Part shown: positions 1 through 13,075 of the stretch, piece by piece | Position numbering within the stretch: the first letter of the stretch is position 1 | Layout: each line of letters starts with the position of its first letter | From: Hemiscyllium ocellatum | Taxonomy: Eukaryota | Length of the DNA stretch: 64,000 nucleotides | Assembly: GCF_020745735.1 (NCBI RefSeq) | Contig: NC_083435.1 | Location: forward strand, 33,479,231-33,543,230 | Direction: 5' to 3' | Position numbers and translations under genes: made by a program | The notes under the pieces: generated by a model | What the model was told of the DNA's origin: nothing | Database searches by the model: none | The model's input: only the letters and a program-made list of their open reading frames with translations

Positions 1-1032
1 CTTCCTCGATACTCTGGGAGATAGCAACTTTCCAAGCTTCAATTCAATTCGATTTTAAAAAGCATACTCTTCATTAATTCTAATTACCTGCAGTTCCTCA
101 TTTTCACCAGTCACTACGATCCCTTGTATTTCTAAACTTTGTTTCTGTACCTGCCCTGAGAGATGGAACCAATGCATTCCTCTAAGCGGGCAGATGGTGT
201 CTGTCAGCTAATGAATACATTAGAAAAATGCACTTCAGAGATAGTGGAAATGTTACCGACTCCTGCCTGGAACGTCCCAGAGTCAATTCAGTTCGCTTCA
301 TGGTGAGTTTCAGCACAGTCCTGTCCCTGGTGTGAGGCGAGAGGTTATATTGAAGAAGACACAGCTCAGTGACCACCTCATTTTTGAAACGAGCTGGTTT
401 CATACTTTACACCTGGAATTAGACAAATGTTTCTGGAAATCCTACTGACGTGGCAGTGATCTGGTTCTTCCTGTTTATAGAGCTTCCCTTCTGTGTAGTC
501 TCTGCTCCATTTGCTTACACTGAACCCAAGCACTGTGTAAAGGCAATGATCAGAGTGGGGTCACCAGATTCTCGGTTCTCCCTGAATGAATGCAACAGTT
601 GACAATACAAACGACAGTAAAGAGTCCAGAGAATCTCCACTGACTTTCCAATGACAGGAGCATGTCAAATCTCCACACACTGGTGCATGCACTTAGTGTT
701 GAAAATACTTCACTCTCCTCAGTTTCTCTCCCTGGCTGAAAAAGAAGTTGCACCTCGGCACAGTCCCACAGTAACCATTCCTCTCTCCAAAGAAGCAGTT
801 GAAAATGTGACATCACCTTTCTCTGTATCATAGCAGCGATAACAGCAGCACCAGTATTGCCACTGGAATTGATCGCCACACTCAGAGAACAGAGTCAGCA
901 CGAACATGACTTACTTTAAACTGAGACATCCTTAAATGAACAGAATATTCAGAATATTGTAAAAGTGGAAATGTTAGAATAGCTTCCCATTCTATTTTCC
1001 TTCCAGTTAATTATCAGTAATCCCTTTGCTTC

Positions 1033-1036
<4 letters not shown>

Positions 1037-1081
<45 letters not shown>

Positions 1082-1096
1082 GTCTCTCTCTCTCTT
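1037..1096. repeat. (CT)n microsatellite
   Basis: Direct: near-perfect CT dinucleotide run of about 60 bp. Confidence 0.95.
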
Positions 1097-1279
1097 TCAC
1101 TGGACAATTTCACAGTTAGTTTCAGTTTTGATACAGGCTCATTGGTTTGCAAAAAATTCTGTGTTTCTCCCAATACAAACTCCAGTACCTGCTGTGATTC
1201 TACAACACTTTCAGGCACTGGAAAATTTTATTTCTGATCTTCATTGTCGACAATTTCTTGCTTTATTTCACCTTTAATG

Positions 1280-1620
1280 TTGGTGTTTCACTGGCAAGGA
1301 CAGCATTTGTTGTCAATCACTACATGCCCTTGACTGCGAGACCATTTGTCAAGTCAATATGGAGCCAATCAAATTGTTATTGATCTGAAGTCACAATTAG
1401 CCTAGACTGGGCAATAATGTTAAGTTTCTTTACTAATGGTTATCAGTAAAATAATAAAATAAATATTGATGGTTTATTGTTGTCATGAGTGAAATTGGAT
1501 TTCTTTCCAATATCTGTCGTTCGAATTTACATTCTGTGACCAGCTGTGGTAGAATTTTAAACAATGCCTTGAGAGTCATATCCTGTCCTCTGAATTACAC
1601 ACCCAGTGACATTATTACTC
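1280..1620 (-). mobile_element. Decayed Deu-domain (SacSINE1-like) tRNA-derived SINE
   Basis: 'cactggcaaggacagcatttgttgtc...tgatctgaagtcacaattagcctagactgggcaa...gaatttacattctgtgaccagctgtggtagaattttaaac' resembles the reverse complement of the recalled shark DeuSINE tail, core and head. Confidence 0.6.
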
Positions 1621-2053
1621 TCATACGGAGTCCTTGTTGTGACATAACCGTAGAGACAAGTACAAGTTTATGATCAAAATATTTTTAACGCGGAAAAGTG
1701 CTGAGAAAAGAACTGAAGCCGTAACATCTGAAGTTAACAAAGGGGTAGATGTCAGCTCATTCAACAACAGCACTGAGGTGGAGGCTGGAGATATTACGGA
1801 GGTAGATGAAGGCAGGTTTGATGACAGAGTGAACACGGAGACATAAAACAGTTCAGGGTAAAAGGGAGACTCAATGTTCTGAACAGCCTCGTTCCATCTT
1901 AGATGTTTATGAGTAAGGAGTCTGAAATTCGTGGAAATGAAGTGAGTTTGTGACCGAAACTGAAGATAACATTTAATGTATTTTCGAAATATAAATAACT
2001 GAAGTTGCAATAATCTTTACCATCGTTTATATGATTGACAGAAATAGACTTAC

Positions 2054-2228
2054 CAGGAACACCAACAATAGCGAGGATGGGATAGTAACCCACCTGAATA
2101 ATCATCAGTACAGCTCTTATCCGCAAGTGTAAACCTGGCCAATCCTCAGAAAGATAGTAAAGACCTAAGGACAAACTCTTGTCCATTGTTGTAACATTTC
2201 TGTCCACTGTTCTCAGAGTCAGATCCAT
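2054..2228 (-). CDS. Coding exon 1 of an orphan rhodopsin-class GPCR (shark GPR139/GPR142-like family): N-terminus and start of TM1
   Basis: ATG at 2228 gives MDLTLRTVDRNVTTMDKSLSLGLYYLSEDWPGLHLRIRAVLMIIQVGYYPILAIVGVP-G, followed by a consensus donor G|GTAAGT (intron starts 2053). YYPILAIVGVP then a phase-1 intron is the typical first exon of this shark GPCR family. Exon 2 was not found in the window. Confidence 0.75.
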
Positions 2229-2699
2229 TGTTGGAATATTCCTGTCTAATATTCTCAGATTCTGATCCAGTTTTGAAACATTCCAGTCTAATGTTTGAAG
2301 ACTGTTCCTCTCCCTCTCTCTGCAGCTGCTGATCGCAATCTTGATGTTGACACTACCCGAATAATGTGGCAAACAAGTTGAAAGAAGCCTCATATTAATG
2401 GAAGGCAGAAACCCAGCTGTGGTACATTTAGGTCCACGGAGACTGAAATCAATCACACTCACTGAACAAACAGATCCAGTTAACAACTTTCACTAAACCC
2501 TTATATGTCACAATAATACTTGGTCTGGGTGGGATGTTGACATCAATGGCTATTGGACTTATGGCATATCTCCAATTATAAAGTTAGAGTTGAGGGGGAG
2601 AGATTATCTTTTCTCTTCATTAGCTCGATGATTCTACTGTGTTTTGGCAAAGTGGAAACTACTCAGCACCTGAGGGGCTTCTACATCTGATTCACAAGG

Positions 2700-3300
2700 C
2701 CTGCTGCAATCTTTTGTTTTATGTATTTATGTTTAACTTCAACATTTCTCTTCCCAACATTTAATTGCTAAGGTAGGGTTAGGCATTTTTGAGATGCTAC
2801 TACAGTGGCGTGGGTAGTAGGAAAACAGTCTGTTCAATGTGGTCATTACAGCTGCGGCCAGGTCCTATGGAGTGATGATCAAGCTCTCCGAGAACCAAGG
2901 TCCTCAGTTTACCTTTCGACAGTTATTGCTGAGGTCTCAGCAGGGTTGGAAGGTAGTAAATATCCCCGAGATTTCTTTCAGAATTGTCTTTAGCTTTTAT
3001 TTCCTCCTGGATTGGAGAGCTGCACGTAAGGCAATCTGTTTTCTAACTTTGCTTTTTGACAAATGGGTGTTTATGGGATGTTACTCTATTAGAACAATTA
3101 TTGTTTAGTCGTTAAATAATGTCTCACTGTGTTAAGCCTTCCAACAGAATTAAGTTATTCCAAGTTCCTCTTCCTTTTGTTGTATTTTGTCTACAGTGTT
3201 TGAATAAACCCTGTTTTGCTTCATGTCAAATATTTTGACCCAGCGATTTGTATCTGAATCACAACACCTCATATTTAACTTTAGAATAAGAAAATGTTCG
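2700..3300 (+). mobile_element. Solo LTR-like repeat
   Basis: Shares 'gggtgtttatgggatgttac' and 'aataaaccctgttttgct...tttgacc' blocks with copies at about 10.5, 11.2, 12.5 and 27.8 kb. Confidence 0.55.
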
Positions 3301-5097
3301 AGTAGAGATGATCTTCTCGATTCATTTGAGGGGTTCTGCTCTGGCCCATAACAAGAGGGAACAACGGAATGGGCCGACGTGGAGGAACAGTAGTTATGTC
3401 AGGAATTATATCGGATACTCAATCCACCTCACAGATCCAGTCCGAGCATTTATAAGCCCAGATGAGATATCTGTCCACCGTGGAGCACTGTGAAGACCAG
3501 GCCAGTGTACTACTCAGTACAACCTGCAACCTTTCCAGGTTCATTTGCTCACCACGTACATTTCCAACAGTGCATTGATCTATAAATCTGGACTATATAA
3601 TCTGTTCAGCACGGAGTGCTGTGCAGTCCAAATCATTGCATTGTTCCATAAACATAGACTAGATACTGTTGAGCTGGGGGATCTGTGGAATGAATGGATC
3701 TGTAAATCTGTCGCAGTTACAATCCCAATGTATAAGTCTGTGTAGACCACCCCAGTACATTGCTAGTAACACTGTATTCGATCACTGTTGAGCGTGGGGT
3801 AATTGCACCAGATGCTGGAAGTGACAGATGTGCAGCTCCCATCCATTTAAAACTCGTTTTTCTCAATTGTTCCGTGACACGCGGTGTTTTGGGTGTGAAA
3901 ATCACTTCCAGAGAGAAGCCAGGGAATCAGTTTAAATACGACTAAAATGAAGAGTTTGTTTAAAAGAGTGGGGTAGATTGAGACAGAATTTCAGAGAAGG
4001 ATGTGATCTTAGATTTCGATATTCTGAAATTAAAACATCTATATTGCATCTTGCATTTCGGGTCACTGTTCCCAGGAATAATGCATGAACAGCATATTGA
4101 TATCAATGAAGATGATGGAGAGTTTTGGATGAGTATTTGTTCTGTAGCTTTATAAATGGGAGCGGGGCCAGTAGAGTCTTTGACTAATTTGGCTGACTCG
4201 AACAATAGTTTGACACAGTGTCATTTTCATTGAATGTAACAAAGCATCGTCTGCATGAGGCCGAGCCATTTCTTGGTGATATCGTCTCGAACTCACCTCA
4301 TTAACTACCTATCCCAACCCATGGTGACCCTCTCATTCAATGCCAGCCTCGTTCTCCAATTCATCTTGGCTGGAGGTACTCACCATCACCGAGATACCCC
4401 TGGATATTCGGTGATCCCTGGTGCTGCTGCCATCTTTTAAAAGGCCAATGCGAACACAGTTGAGCTTTCACGGTTTGGAGTTGACCTGCACAGTTTATCC
4501 TGAGCATGGCATATCAGGGAAAGTTGCACCACGATTTTGTCAACAGGGGCACGGACGTTCTGGTGGATTGGCTAGTACAGAAGGGGATCATTCTGTTCCC
4601 AGAGGGGGCCACTGACCATGGTCTGAGCTCACCAACTAGCTCAGTGCAGTTCCTGCGGTCTGAAGAGATGCCCAACAACAAAGGACAAGCATTAATAGAC
4701 TGCATCGACAACACTCATAAGCATGTTCACCGAATTCCTTCAAGCACGTGTTCGGGAGCTATTTCTCACGAGGACCGACACTCTAAACAATTTATTACAG
4801 CATTTTTTTTTGTAAGCAGAAGCACAATTTAAACCGACAAATCAAAAATACCTACTTATTTCATGGTCAACAATATTCAATCACAATCAGTAATTCTAGT
4901 TATTTCACTTGTCACATCTAATTGTATTCAGCCAAAGACTGCATCGAAGCACTTGTCTCATTATAGAATGCAATTGCTAGCAGAGACCTTTTACCTTTTA
5001 TCTTCAGCCATTATCTTGATCATTGTCTGACCCGTAGCTCCTTCCTGCTTACCAAAGTTTCTATTGTCCTTTGTCTGTTAAAATTCTTCTCTACAGT

Positions 5098-5315
5098 AGT
5101 CCCCACTCAGTTGGCTAAATGACTGGAGTGTGATGTAAAGGGAGGCCAGCACAGCAGGTTCAATTCCACACACTGTCGTAGGTTAGCATAAAGGTTTCGA
5201 TTTCTCAAGCTCACCCCATCATCCGAGGTGTGGTGACCCTCGGGTTAAACCACCACGAGTTGTCTTTCTAATGAGAGAACAGCACAAGGTTCTTTCGGAC
5301 GATGGTGACTTTATT
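5098..5315 (+). mobile_element. tRNA-derived SINE
   Basis: A-box-like 'ctcagttggctaaatg', B-box-like 'ggttcaattcc', then 'gaggtgtggtgaccctcgggttaaaccaccac'. Confidence 0.5.
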
Positions 5316-5739
5316 GCATCACTGTTAGCATTTTAAAATCTTATCTACATGACCATTTCATCTTGCATTGTATTTCCGGATGATCTGGTATAATGCAGTT
5401 TCATTTTGCCCCAATGTCAGCTTTTCCCCCACACAGTACGTTCCTGCCCATTGGCTGATAAACCTTGACTCCTTTGTTATCCATGAGTCCATCTGTCTGT
5501 GTCGCAATAACAATCAATACTTCTGCATCCGATGCTATCTGCAGAAGAGACTTCCAAAACAAAAAGTCTCAAATACTCGAACAAATAAAAATAAATTTCC
5601 TCATGTCTGTAATAAATTTAAAACTTCTAAAAGAAAAGAATTAAGACAAATAATGTAGCTGCAACTGTACTTTCAATCAATTCAGTAGGAAGGACGTATT
5701 GCTGTAGCAGTACCCAGGCTGACTGATAACACATCTAGA

Positions 5740-6423
5740 GGGCTATGTGTGAAGGTTTATTTTTGTATCCTCATACTGGAAGGTGTTCAGAGATGTTTCA
5801 CTTCAGTTCCTCCTGGGATGAAGGGTTTATATTATGGAGGTTTAGCAGGTTACACTTGGAATGAAAGGTGATTTTATTAAATCATGTAGCAACATGAGGA
5901 CACCGGATCATTTGGATACTGAATAGTTGTTTGTATCGTCCAAATTTGTTGTCATTAGGCTTTGCACTTTTGTAGGGGGAGTTTATTTCAAGAATAAGCC
6001 AGTTACCTGTGGCTGACAGAAGAAATCTGTCTGTGATATTTCTATCATTGAACCTGACCAGTCTAGGACCGATAACATTGGCTGTACCACCAACCTGGCT
6101 GCATTTAGAATCTGTTGTGAGCAGTGGAAGAGTGGGACTTGAAGAGGAAACAGTCACCTATCCAACCTTGATCAGAAGAGGGTTAAGGAGAGTTTCACAA
6201 AGTGGGAATTTATTCAAATAGGAACTCTCTTCCCCAGATTTTGTGATGGGTGAATCTTTACATTATATAGAAACTGTTTTAGTTTGATTTTCGATGGACT
6301 AGCAAATCAGAAAAGTGAAGCTGGGACCACAGTGAGATGAACCATGACCTTATTTATTGGTGGAGTAGTGTCAAACGGCCAAGTGGTCTAGTCGTGCCCC
6401 TCAAACCTATGTTCTTATGTTCT
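5740..6423 (+). mobile_element. Decayed CR1 3' end, interrupted by about 250 bp of unrelated sequence (about 5900-6155)
   Basis: RT C-terminal-like 'ggaaggtgttcagagatgtttcac...gggatgaaggg' and 3' UTR ending 'ctatgttcttatgttct'. Confidence 0.55.
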
Positions 6424-6869
6424 GTTCAGCCTTCATACCTGCTACACAGGAGCAGATCGAGTCCCCTCCGATGGTTAGGGGTAGTTTGAGAAAATGTACT
6501 GGGAAATTTCAGGCTGGGTCAAAAAGAGCATCGCCCCCACAATCCCTGTATCCCGGCTTCCGCTCTCTGCAACTTCTGCTCCAGGTGGAGGTTATGTTAC
6601 AGACACAGATTCACTGTGAATGCAGCCCCCATGTCACATCCAGGGTTAGCTCAACCAAATCCTCTGCTCTCCCTGAATGGAGAACACAACTGCCTGGAAA
6701 ATAACTAGTTACTTTCCAATAACTGAAGCTGAAAATATTTTTTAAAAATATGAACAGGAGTATGCTATCCAGCCTGTCCTGTCATTCAATAAGAATTTGG
6801 CTTAGCTACTCCAGGGCTCAACTCCACTTTCCTGCCAACCCTTTGTATCCCTCAACTCGCCCATTTGTC

Positions 6870-9000
6870 AAAAACCAATCCACCCATTCTGAAAAAAAAA
6901 CTTTCAATGACCCAGCTTCCACACTCTCTCCGTGAGGTAATTCACTATATTCTGAGAGAAGACATTTCTCTTTGTCTCAAATGAAATCAATAAATCCTTA
7001 TTCTCTATCTACGTCCCTGAGTTCAAGACTCTGTTCAGGAGTAAACCACGTTCTGAACATCAACGTTGTCAAGCCCCCTCTCTATATTGTACAGTAAGAT
7101 CACCCCATTCACTTTAACTGCAATGAATGAACGCCTCAACATTTTAGGTATGCGTGATAGATCAACAATTTCATTCCCAGAATCAACCTAATGTCTCATG
7201 CTAGTTTCTTGCTGCACCAGCGTTTTGGTTCATACACAGGAAAAACCCATTCCCTTTTCACTCCAACTCTTTTCTCGAGTTCTCACCATTCAATGACAGA
7301 CTGCCTTTTGGTTCTGAGGGGAAATGTCTGAGAACTTATACTTTTTCTGCAGTCAACTCCAGCTGTCAATTACTTGGCACTCACTGACCTTATCTATATC
7401 TCCTTTCAGATTCCTTACATCCTCACTGCCACCTGCTCTCCCACATAGTTCAGTGCCATCCACAAACTCGGATATATATGCACTCATCCCCCGTTTCAAA
7501 CCAACAATATAGATTGTAAATAACTAATGCCACAGGACTGATACATGTGGTGATCCAGTAGATACATCTATTTAATCAGACAAGTACCCACTCATCCCGG
7601 CTCTCCATCTTTTCTGAGTTAACCACGCTGAAGTGTATCCAGAATATTTTCTGTCATATTCTTGTGTAAGAAATTCTGTTTTGTTATATTGAGAAATATA
7701 TCGAAAAATTCTGCGAAACTGAATACATTGTATATCAGTTCCCGTTTATCAAATCTGCTTGTTTTGTTCTCAGGAAATGTGCTGCAATATTTTGCATGAT
7801 TTTAAAGTGCAAACTATAACTCCCCTTTCGCAAAACACTCTAATTGAAGTAAGCTTTTTAAAATGACGTGCAATTCTTTCCTGAATAACTCACACTCCCT
7901 TCTTGAAGGCAGGCGCCACTTTGGATGTTCTACAATTTTGCTGGAACACTCCCGCCATCCAGAGAGTTATGGAATATTTCACACAGTGCCCACCTGTCAC
8001 TCGGTAACAACTTCTTTAAAAACCGTGTGTCACTTGCTGATTTGTCTCCCCTTGGTCTTGTCTGTCTGAAAAAAAACCTTGTTCCTTTTGTTAGAAATGA
8101 TTCAAGAAGTTTCTTTCTAATGCCATCTTTCTTATTTTATTGAAATACTTTGTGTCTTCCCCTGTGATGTAAAATACTAGTCCAACGTAATAAAGTCATC
8201 ACTATTACAGGATGACCACAACTGGACACATTACTCCGGAAGAGGCCTCATGAATCCCAACAAAGTTCTGAGAAATTGAAGCAAACTTGCTAAATGCCTT
8301 CTAAACCACTCTGCCTAAGTAGGTCACAAATTTCGAGGAATTATGTACTGGAAGCCCTAGGTTTCTTTTCGACGACGTTGCCCAAGGCCTTGTTTTTAAT
8401 TGTATCCTTGCCTGTTTTATGAAAATATCATACCTTGCATTTATCAAAATTAAGTGTCATTTGCCAATCTTAAGCCCATTGAACCAACTGATCAAGATAT
8501 ATTTTTACTATATGATTGCCTTCTGAATGTCTACCGCTCTGCAGTCATCAGTCTTCTTTTTTGCTTCCTCAAAAACCCCAATCAATTTTGAGACACGAAT
8601 TCCTTCGTACAAAACTATGCTGACTGATCCCGAATCTTAAGTTTCCTCTCCAAATGGATATAAATCCTGTCTTTCAGAATCGGCTCCAACACCAAAGTCA
8701 GGCTGTAAGTTCTATATTTCCCAGGCTTCTCCTTACATTATTTTATTAACAAAGGCACAACATTAGCGACTCTCCAATCATCCAACATCTCACCAATATT
8801 TATTGGTGATACAAACATTTCTCACAGGGGGCCTGAAATTTCCTCCATATCTTCTCACAACGTTCTGAGATACGCTAGATCAGATCCCAGTGTTTTATCC
8901 ACGTTTATATTTTTAATACATTCTGCGATTCCTCTTCGGTAATGTGTAATGTTTTCAAAACAAAAATTTGCATTTCACTGAATACTGGCAACAGAAGCTC
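6870..9000 (-). mobile_element. Cluster of decayed CR1 RT/3' fragments
   Basis: Reverse-complement CR1 motifs, e.g. 'aaaggcacaacattagcgactctccaatcatcc' (DWRxANVVPLF) and 'caaaactatgctgact' (SQHxF). Confidence 0.6.
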
Positions 9001-9849
9001 GATCTTAATTTCCATTTCCATGGCACCAGCCGTGAATCCAATCCAAATGTGAAGTTCAGCAATCACTGAGAAGTCCCTTAACTAATAGTATATTGGATTA
9101 GTAGTTGCTCCATGAATTGCGTCTTCTGAGTACGTTTCTCAAACATCCCTCTGTGCCTGATGGCCAAACAATAAGTGCAGGGATCACAGCAAAACCGCCT
9201 TTTGTCGCACCAAGTCTATCGTATTTCAAAAAAAAACTTGTGCTTACACATATTTTTTTTCCATCAAGTACATTTTACTCATATTACACTAACACTTAAT
9301 GCCATTTTTGATTGATATTACACAAGGGGTGATGGGGAAATAAACCAGTATTGGGACACAAACTGATTTCAGCACGTTTAGATGTCAACTCTAGAATGAG
9401 TAACGAGGTTATTCACATCCACAGCAAATCTAAAAGGCCATTGGATACTGTTGAATATTTACAATCGATGAAATGATCGTGTTGAGAGTTGTCCTGCTGC
9501 TTTGGCATAAAAGAGAATTTTAATTTGCAACAGAACCAACACGTAGGAAGTCAAACTGCATTGCAACATCTGTAAGAGGAATTTTCAAATAAACTAGTTT
9601 GAGAAGCATTTCTGAGGCCATAATGGATTTTTGTGCACAGATATTGATCACCTGCCGAAGGAGATAAACACATTCCCCAAGGAAGAAACCAGCAAATGTT
9701 CAATACATTGGGATCTGGCAATGCAATAGGGTCGCGTTGTTAACATTTGAGAAGACATTGCAAACATACATAGAATTATGCATAAGATTATGAGATTCAG
9801 ACTTTCGATCCTGCTATGTTATCTTATAAGATCATAACGAAAGTCATCA

Positions 9850-11050
9850 CAACCTCACAGCTGCATCTCTGCCAAGCCTTTCACATCCTTGCCAAACAAG
9901 AACATATCAAATGCTGCCTTCAGAAGTGTTCAATGGCTCCATTTCAAAAAACATTGCAAGAACGCTTTACAAATACTTCCACTGAAAAACAAGATAGAAA
10001 GAAAGAGGTCTTGCCAGAACTTTCTCTCTGAAATCTGTTCTGCCTCTAAAACCTGTGTTTGAATTTTCTATTTGACAAGAGATTTATTTATATGATGGTG
10101 CGGGAACTGGAGCAGTCATTAAGTTGTGTTAGGTCGCGTTTTCAAAGAAGTTCATTTATTCTATTTCTTTTTCTTCGAGTTACAACCGCAGTGTGTGATG
10201 ATCCTGTGCCTTGAAGAGATATGTTCTGTTCTGTTTCTCTTCCTAAGAGCTGCTGTCACAGTGGTGAAAGAATGCCTCATTCATCAATCTAATGGTAAAC
10301 AGCTTTGGGTTCTCCCTGGGTCAATATCTTAAAGAAAGACAAAGGAGGTTTGCGTGACAAGGTAAGACAGACACAGGTCTTGACTTCAGTTCTTCTTTCA
10401 GTGAGTTGAGTAGGGTTTTGTCCTGGCTGCGGGACGAGAAGGCTGAGTTGTCTGGTGAAACAATAAAGTCTTATACAGCGAAGTGTTTTGCACCTGGTCA
10501 GATTACCTCAAAACATTTTAAGAAGATAGCCCAGACACCAACGGAATTTTATTTTAGTTTTAATGACAGATGCAGAGTGAACGTTCCACGTGGGATACAG
10601 CTGGTCAAACCACTTGTCTTTAAGCAAAACAGATTTTATTCACGTACTGCGGTTGTAACTCGAAGAAAAGAAATAGAATAAATGAACTTATTTGAAAACC
10701 CGACCGAACCTAACACAACTTAATGACTGTGCCAATTCCCGCAACATCATATAAACACATCTCTAGGCAAATAGAACATTCAACCACAGATTTCAGATGT
10801 AGAAGAGATTTCGGAGAAAAAGTTCTGGCAAGACCCCTGTTGAAGCATTGACTCCCTCTATTCACTGCAGCTGCTTCTCTGCTACCAGCAGTTTTCTTGA
10901 CTTCTTGCTAAAAGAAAACCAAATGAGGATAAATCTGATCTGGGAGACTAGCCGCTTCCTTTTAATTACACAAATGTAATATTTTAAAACCTGAAGGGTT
11001 CCTCTGATTGTTGACTTTGGCAAGTTCTGTACGTCATGTCCAGCCATATC
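9850..11050. mobile_element. Cluster of LTR-like repeat pieces in both orientations, including an inverted pair
   Basis: 10007-10197 is the reverse complement of 10640-10835. The minus-strand piece contains 'aataaaatctgttttgcttaaagacaagtggtttgacc', as in the other LTR-like copies. Confidence 0.6.
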
Positions 11051-11169
11051 AACACGACTACCTTTCCGATCCCTTTGAAATAAAGACAGAATGCACTTGT
11101 TTAACTGATAACATGGTCACTGAATTTTCCACTTAAAATCAAAAGTGTAAGAATGCTACTTTCGGTGTT

Positions 11170-11510
11170 TCTTTCTGCTAGACTGTAGAGAAACAGTGCG
11201 TGAGAATAATAACGTTTTGAATTGCCTTTGACAAGGGTATGTTTGTGGGAGGCTACCTATACTGGAACATTGGATGATTAATTGTTAAATAATGCATTGC
11301 ATTGTTAAGTGTTTTATTTGGTAAAGTTATGCCAATTCGTCTTTTTGTTGGATTTTAACTGTGTGGTAAGAATGAAGTGTGTTTTCATTAAAGCTTAGAT
11401 GTCGATCAACCGAATTAAAAAAATAAAGAATTTAATTTCGAGGTTATCTTCATAATGTGCTTTGCAGTGTATAGCTGGGGTAGTGGTATAGACTGCTCTG
11501 GGTCATAACA
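11170..11510 (+). mobile_element. LTR-like repeat, 3' part
   Basis: 'gacaagggtatgtttgtgggaggctac' block; ends 'ggtcataaca', like the 28070 copy ('gtccataaca'). Confidence 0.5.
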
Positions 11511-12329
11511 AATTGTAGAATTGTGTTGGAACAAAGTCTCCGATTCCTGGTTGAGTTAAGGACTATTTTTAAATGGGTGATAATTCATTTTTAAAAAGCG
11601 ACTCTCGAGATCCACATGTTACCTATAGTTGAAATGTCCTTCATCTTCATACGAGTTTCAACCACGACACACCTCAATCAGGTCGACTATAAGCAATATA
11701 AGTCTACTGTGTCCGAGCTTGGATCAAAAAGTAATCACTCGAATCCAGAAATAACTCTCAGAAATCGGCATTAAAATGCCTCCAGCTCATTTACATTCGT
11801 CATTGAATAAGGTGAACTGTCATGAGCTCAGTAATTTAGATGTGCTTCAGCAGTTTCCTGTGTAAAGAAGCATAGTCAACTGAGTTTTGCTTTCAATTCC
11901 TGTTGTGCTAGCAATCAATATGGCATTTAATGTACTATATATATATATTCTGCACCTTAATTATTTTTTAAAAAATTACCTGTTACAAATACACTTAAAC
12001 ACTTATTGTCTGAACACTCTTTTTGAAGACTATACTTTAAACTACAGAACAAGCCTTTCGTTTTCTTTTGTTTCCAGCACAATGGAACTCCCCATTTTTA
12101 CAGGTAAATACTTCACCATTCAATCATCATTCAATTCTCCCAAAGCATAGGAACAAGCGTAAAGTATCAAACCTTAGAGCCTATTCTGCCATTTGTAACA
12201 ATACTATGTGGTGTATTTTCTCCTGTTTCTTTCTTTGTGAAGAAAATGATAGAGAGTCACTGAGCGATATGCTCAAACCCAATAAAGAAAAACAGCTAAT
12301 GAGTGTTTAGGAGTTTTTACTATTAAAGG

Positions 12330-13075
12330 TGGAACAATAGAAGCATGCTGAATGTGTGGGTTCAAACTTCCAAAGAACTAAGATTGTGAATTTAGCTGTC
12401 AGCACTCGATGTTGGGGTTGTTAAACCTGCTATGTCTTGCTCTTTTTGTCCAAGGTAACTGTTGGGGTTCTATTCAAGTTGCTAGAATTACATGTCAGAC
12501 GATCTGTTTGGCTCAGTTAGTATTTACCAAGGGTGTGTTTGTGGGATGTTACAACAATGGAACATTTGCGATTTTGTAGCTAAATAACCTATTATTCACT
12601 TCAGTTTTCCAATCGAGTTAACATTTGCAAATGCTTCCTTCTCTTGTTGTCGATTAACTTTGGTGCAAATGCAAAGTGTCTAGGAGAATGTGAGGACTTC
12701 AGATGCTGGGTGATCATAATGGATAAGTGTGGTCCTGTAAAAACACATCAGGTCAGGCCACATCCACAGAATAGGAAAGTCGATGTTTCGGGCATAAGCA
12801 CTTCATCAGATATGATGGGGGGAGTGGAGAGGCGTGATTGAAACAACGACTCTACTGCTGCTGGGATGCTGCCTGAACTGCTGTAAGTTTCCAGCGCCAC
12901 GAATTTTGATTAACGGAATATATACGGAATGTTTTGCTTAAAGACGAGTGGTTTGACGAATAGAATTGCATCTGGAATACAACACCATATACTGATCTTA
13001 AAAGTAAGTAAAATGTTAGGGTCTGGGCTGTCTTGTTACTATATTGTGAAGGGGTTTGGTTTGTTCCTTAATGCA
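12330..13075 (+). mobile_element. LTR-like repeat interrupted by a palindromic PLE derivative
   Basis: 'caagggtgtgtttgtgggatgttac' lies before the insert and 'gttttgcttaaagacgagtggtttgac' after it. Confidence 0.55.
12690..12910. mobile_element. Palindromic Penelope-derived short element with decayed hammerhead motif
   Basis: Arms 'aaaacacatcaggtcaggccacatcc' and 'gggatgctgcctgaactgctgtaagtttccagc'. The minus strand at 12779-12812 reads CTGATGA-A-GTGC-TTAT-GCCC-GAAA-CATC. Confidence 0.6.

Noticed and set aside
949-1277. ORFs with ERERER / LSLSLS runs
   Set aside because: They are translations of the (CT)n microsatellite.
3300-4210. Possible decayed Ig/Siglec-like exons (e.g. SVTSNVLGWSTQTYTL)
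   Set aside because: Only vague motif resemblance; no conserved Cys/Trp spacing in a single frame.
4506-4832. 108-aa ORF with a faint CARD-like stretch (DVLVDWLVQKGII)
   Set aside because: Too little similarity to assign by eye, and no supporting splice or start context.
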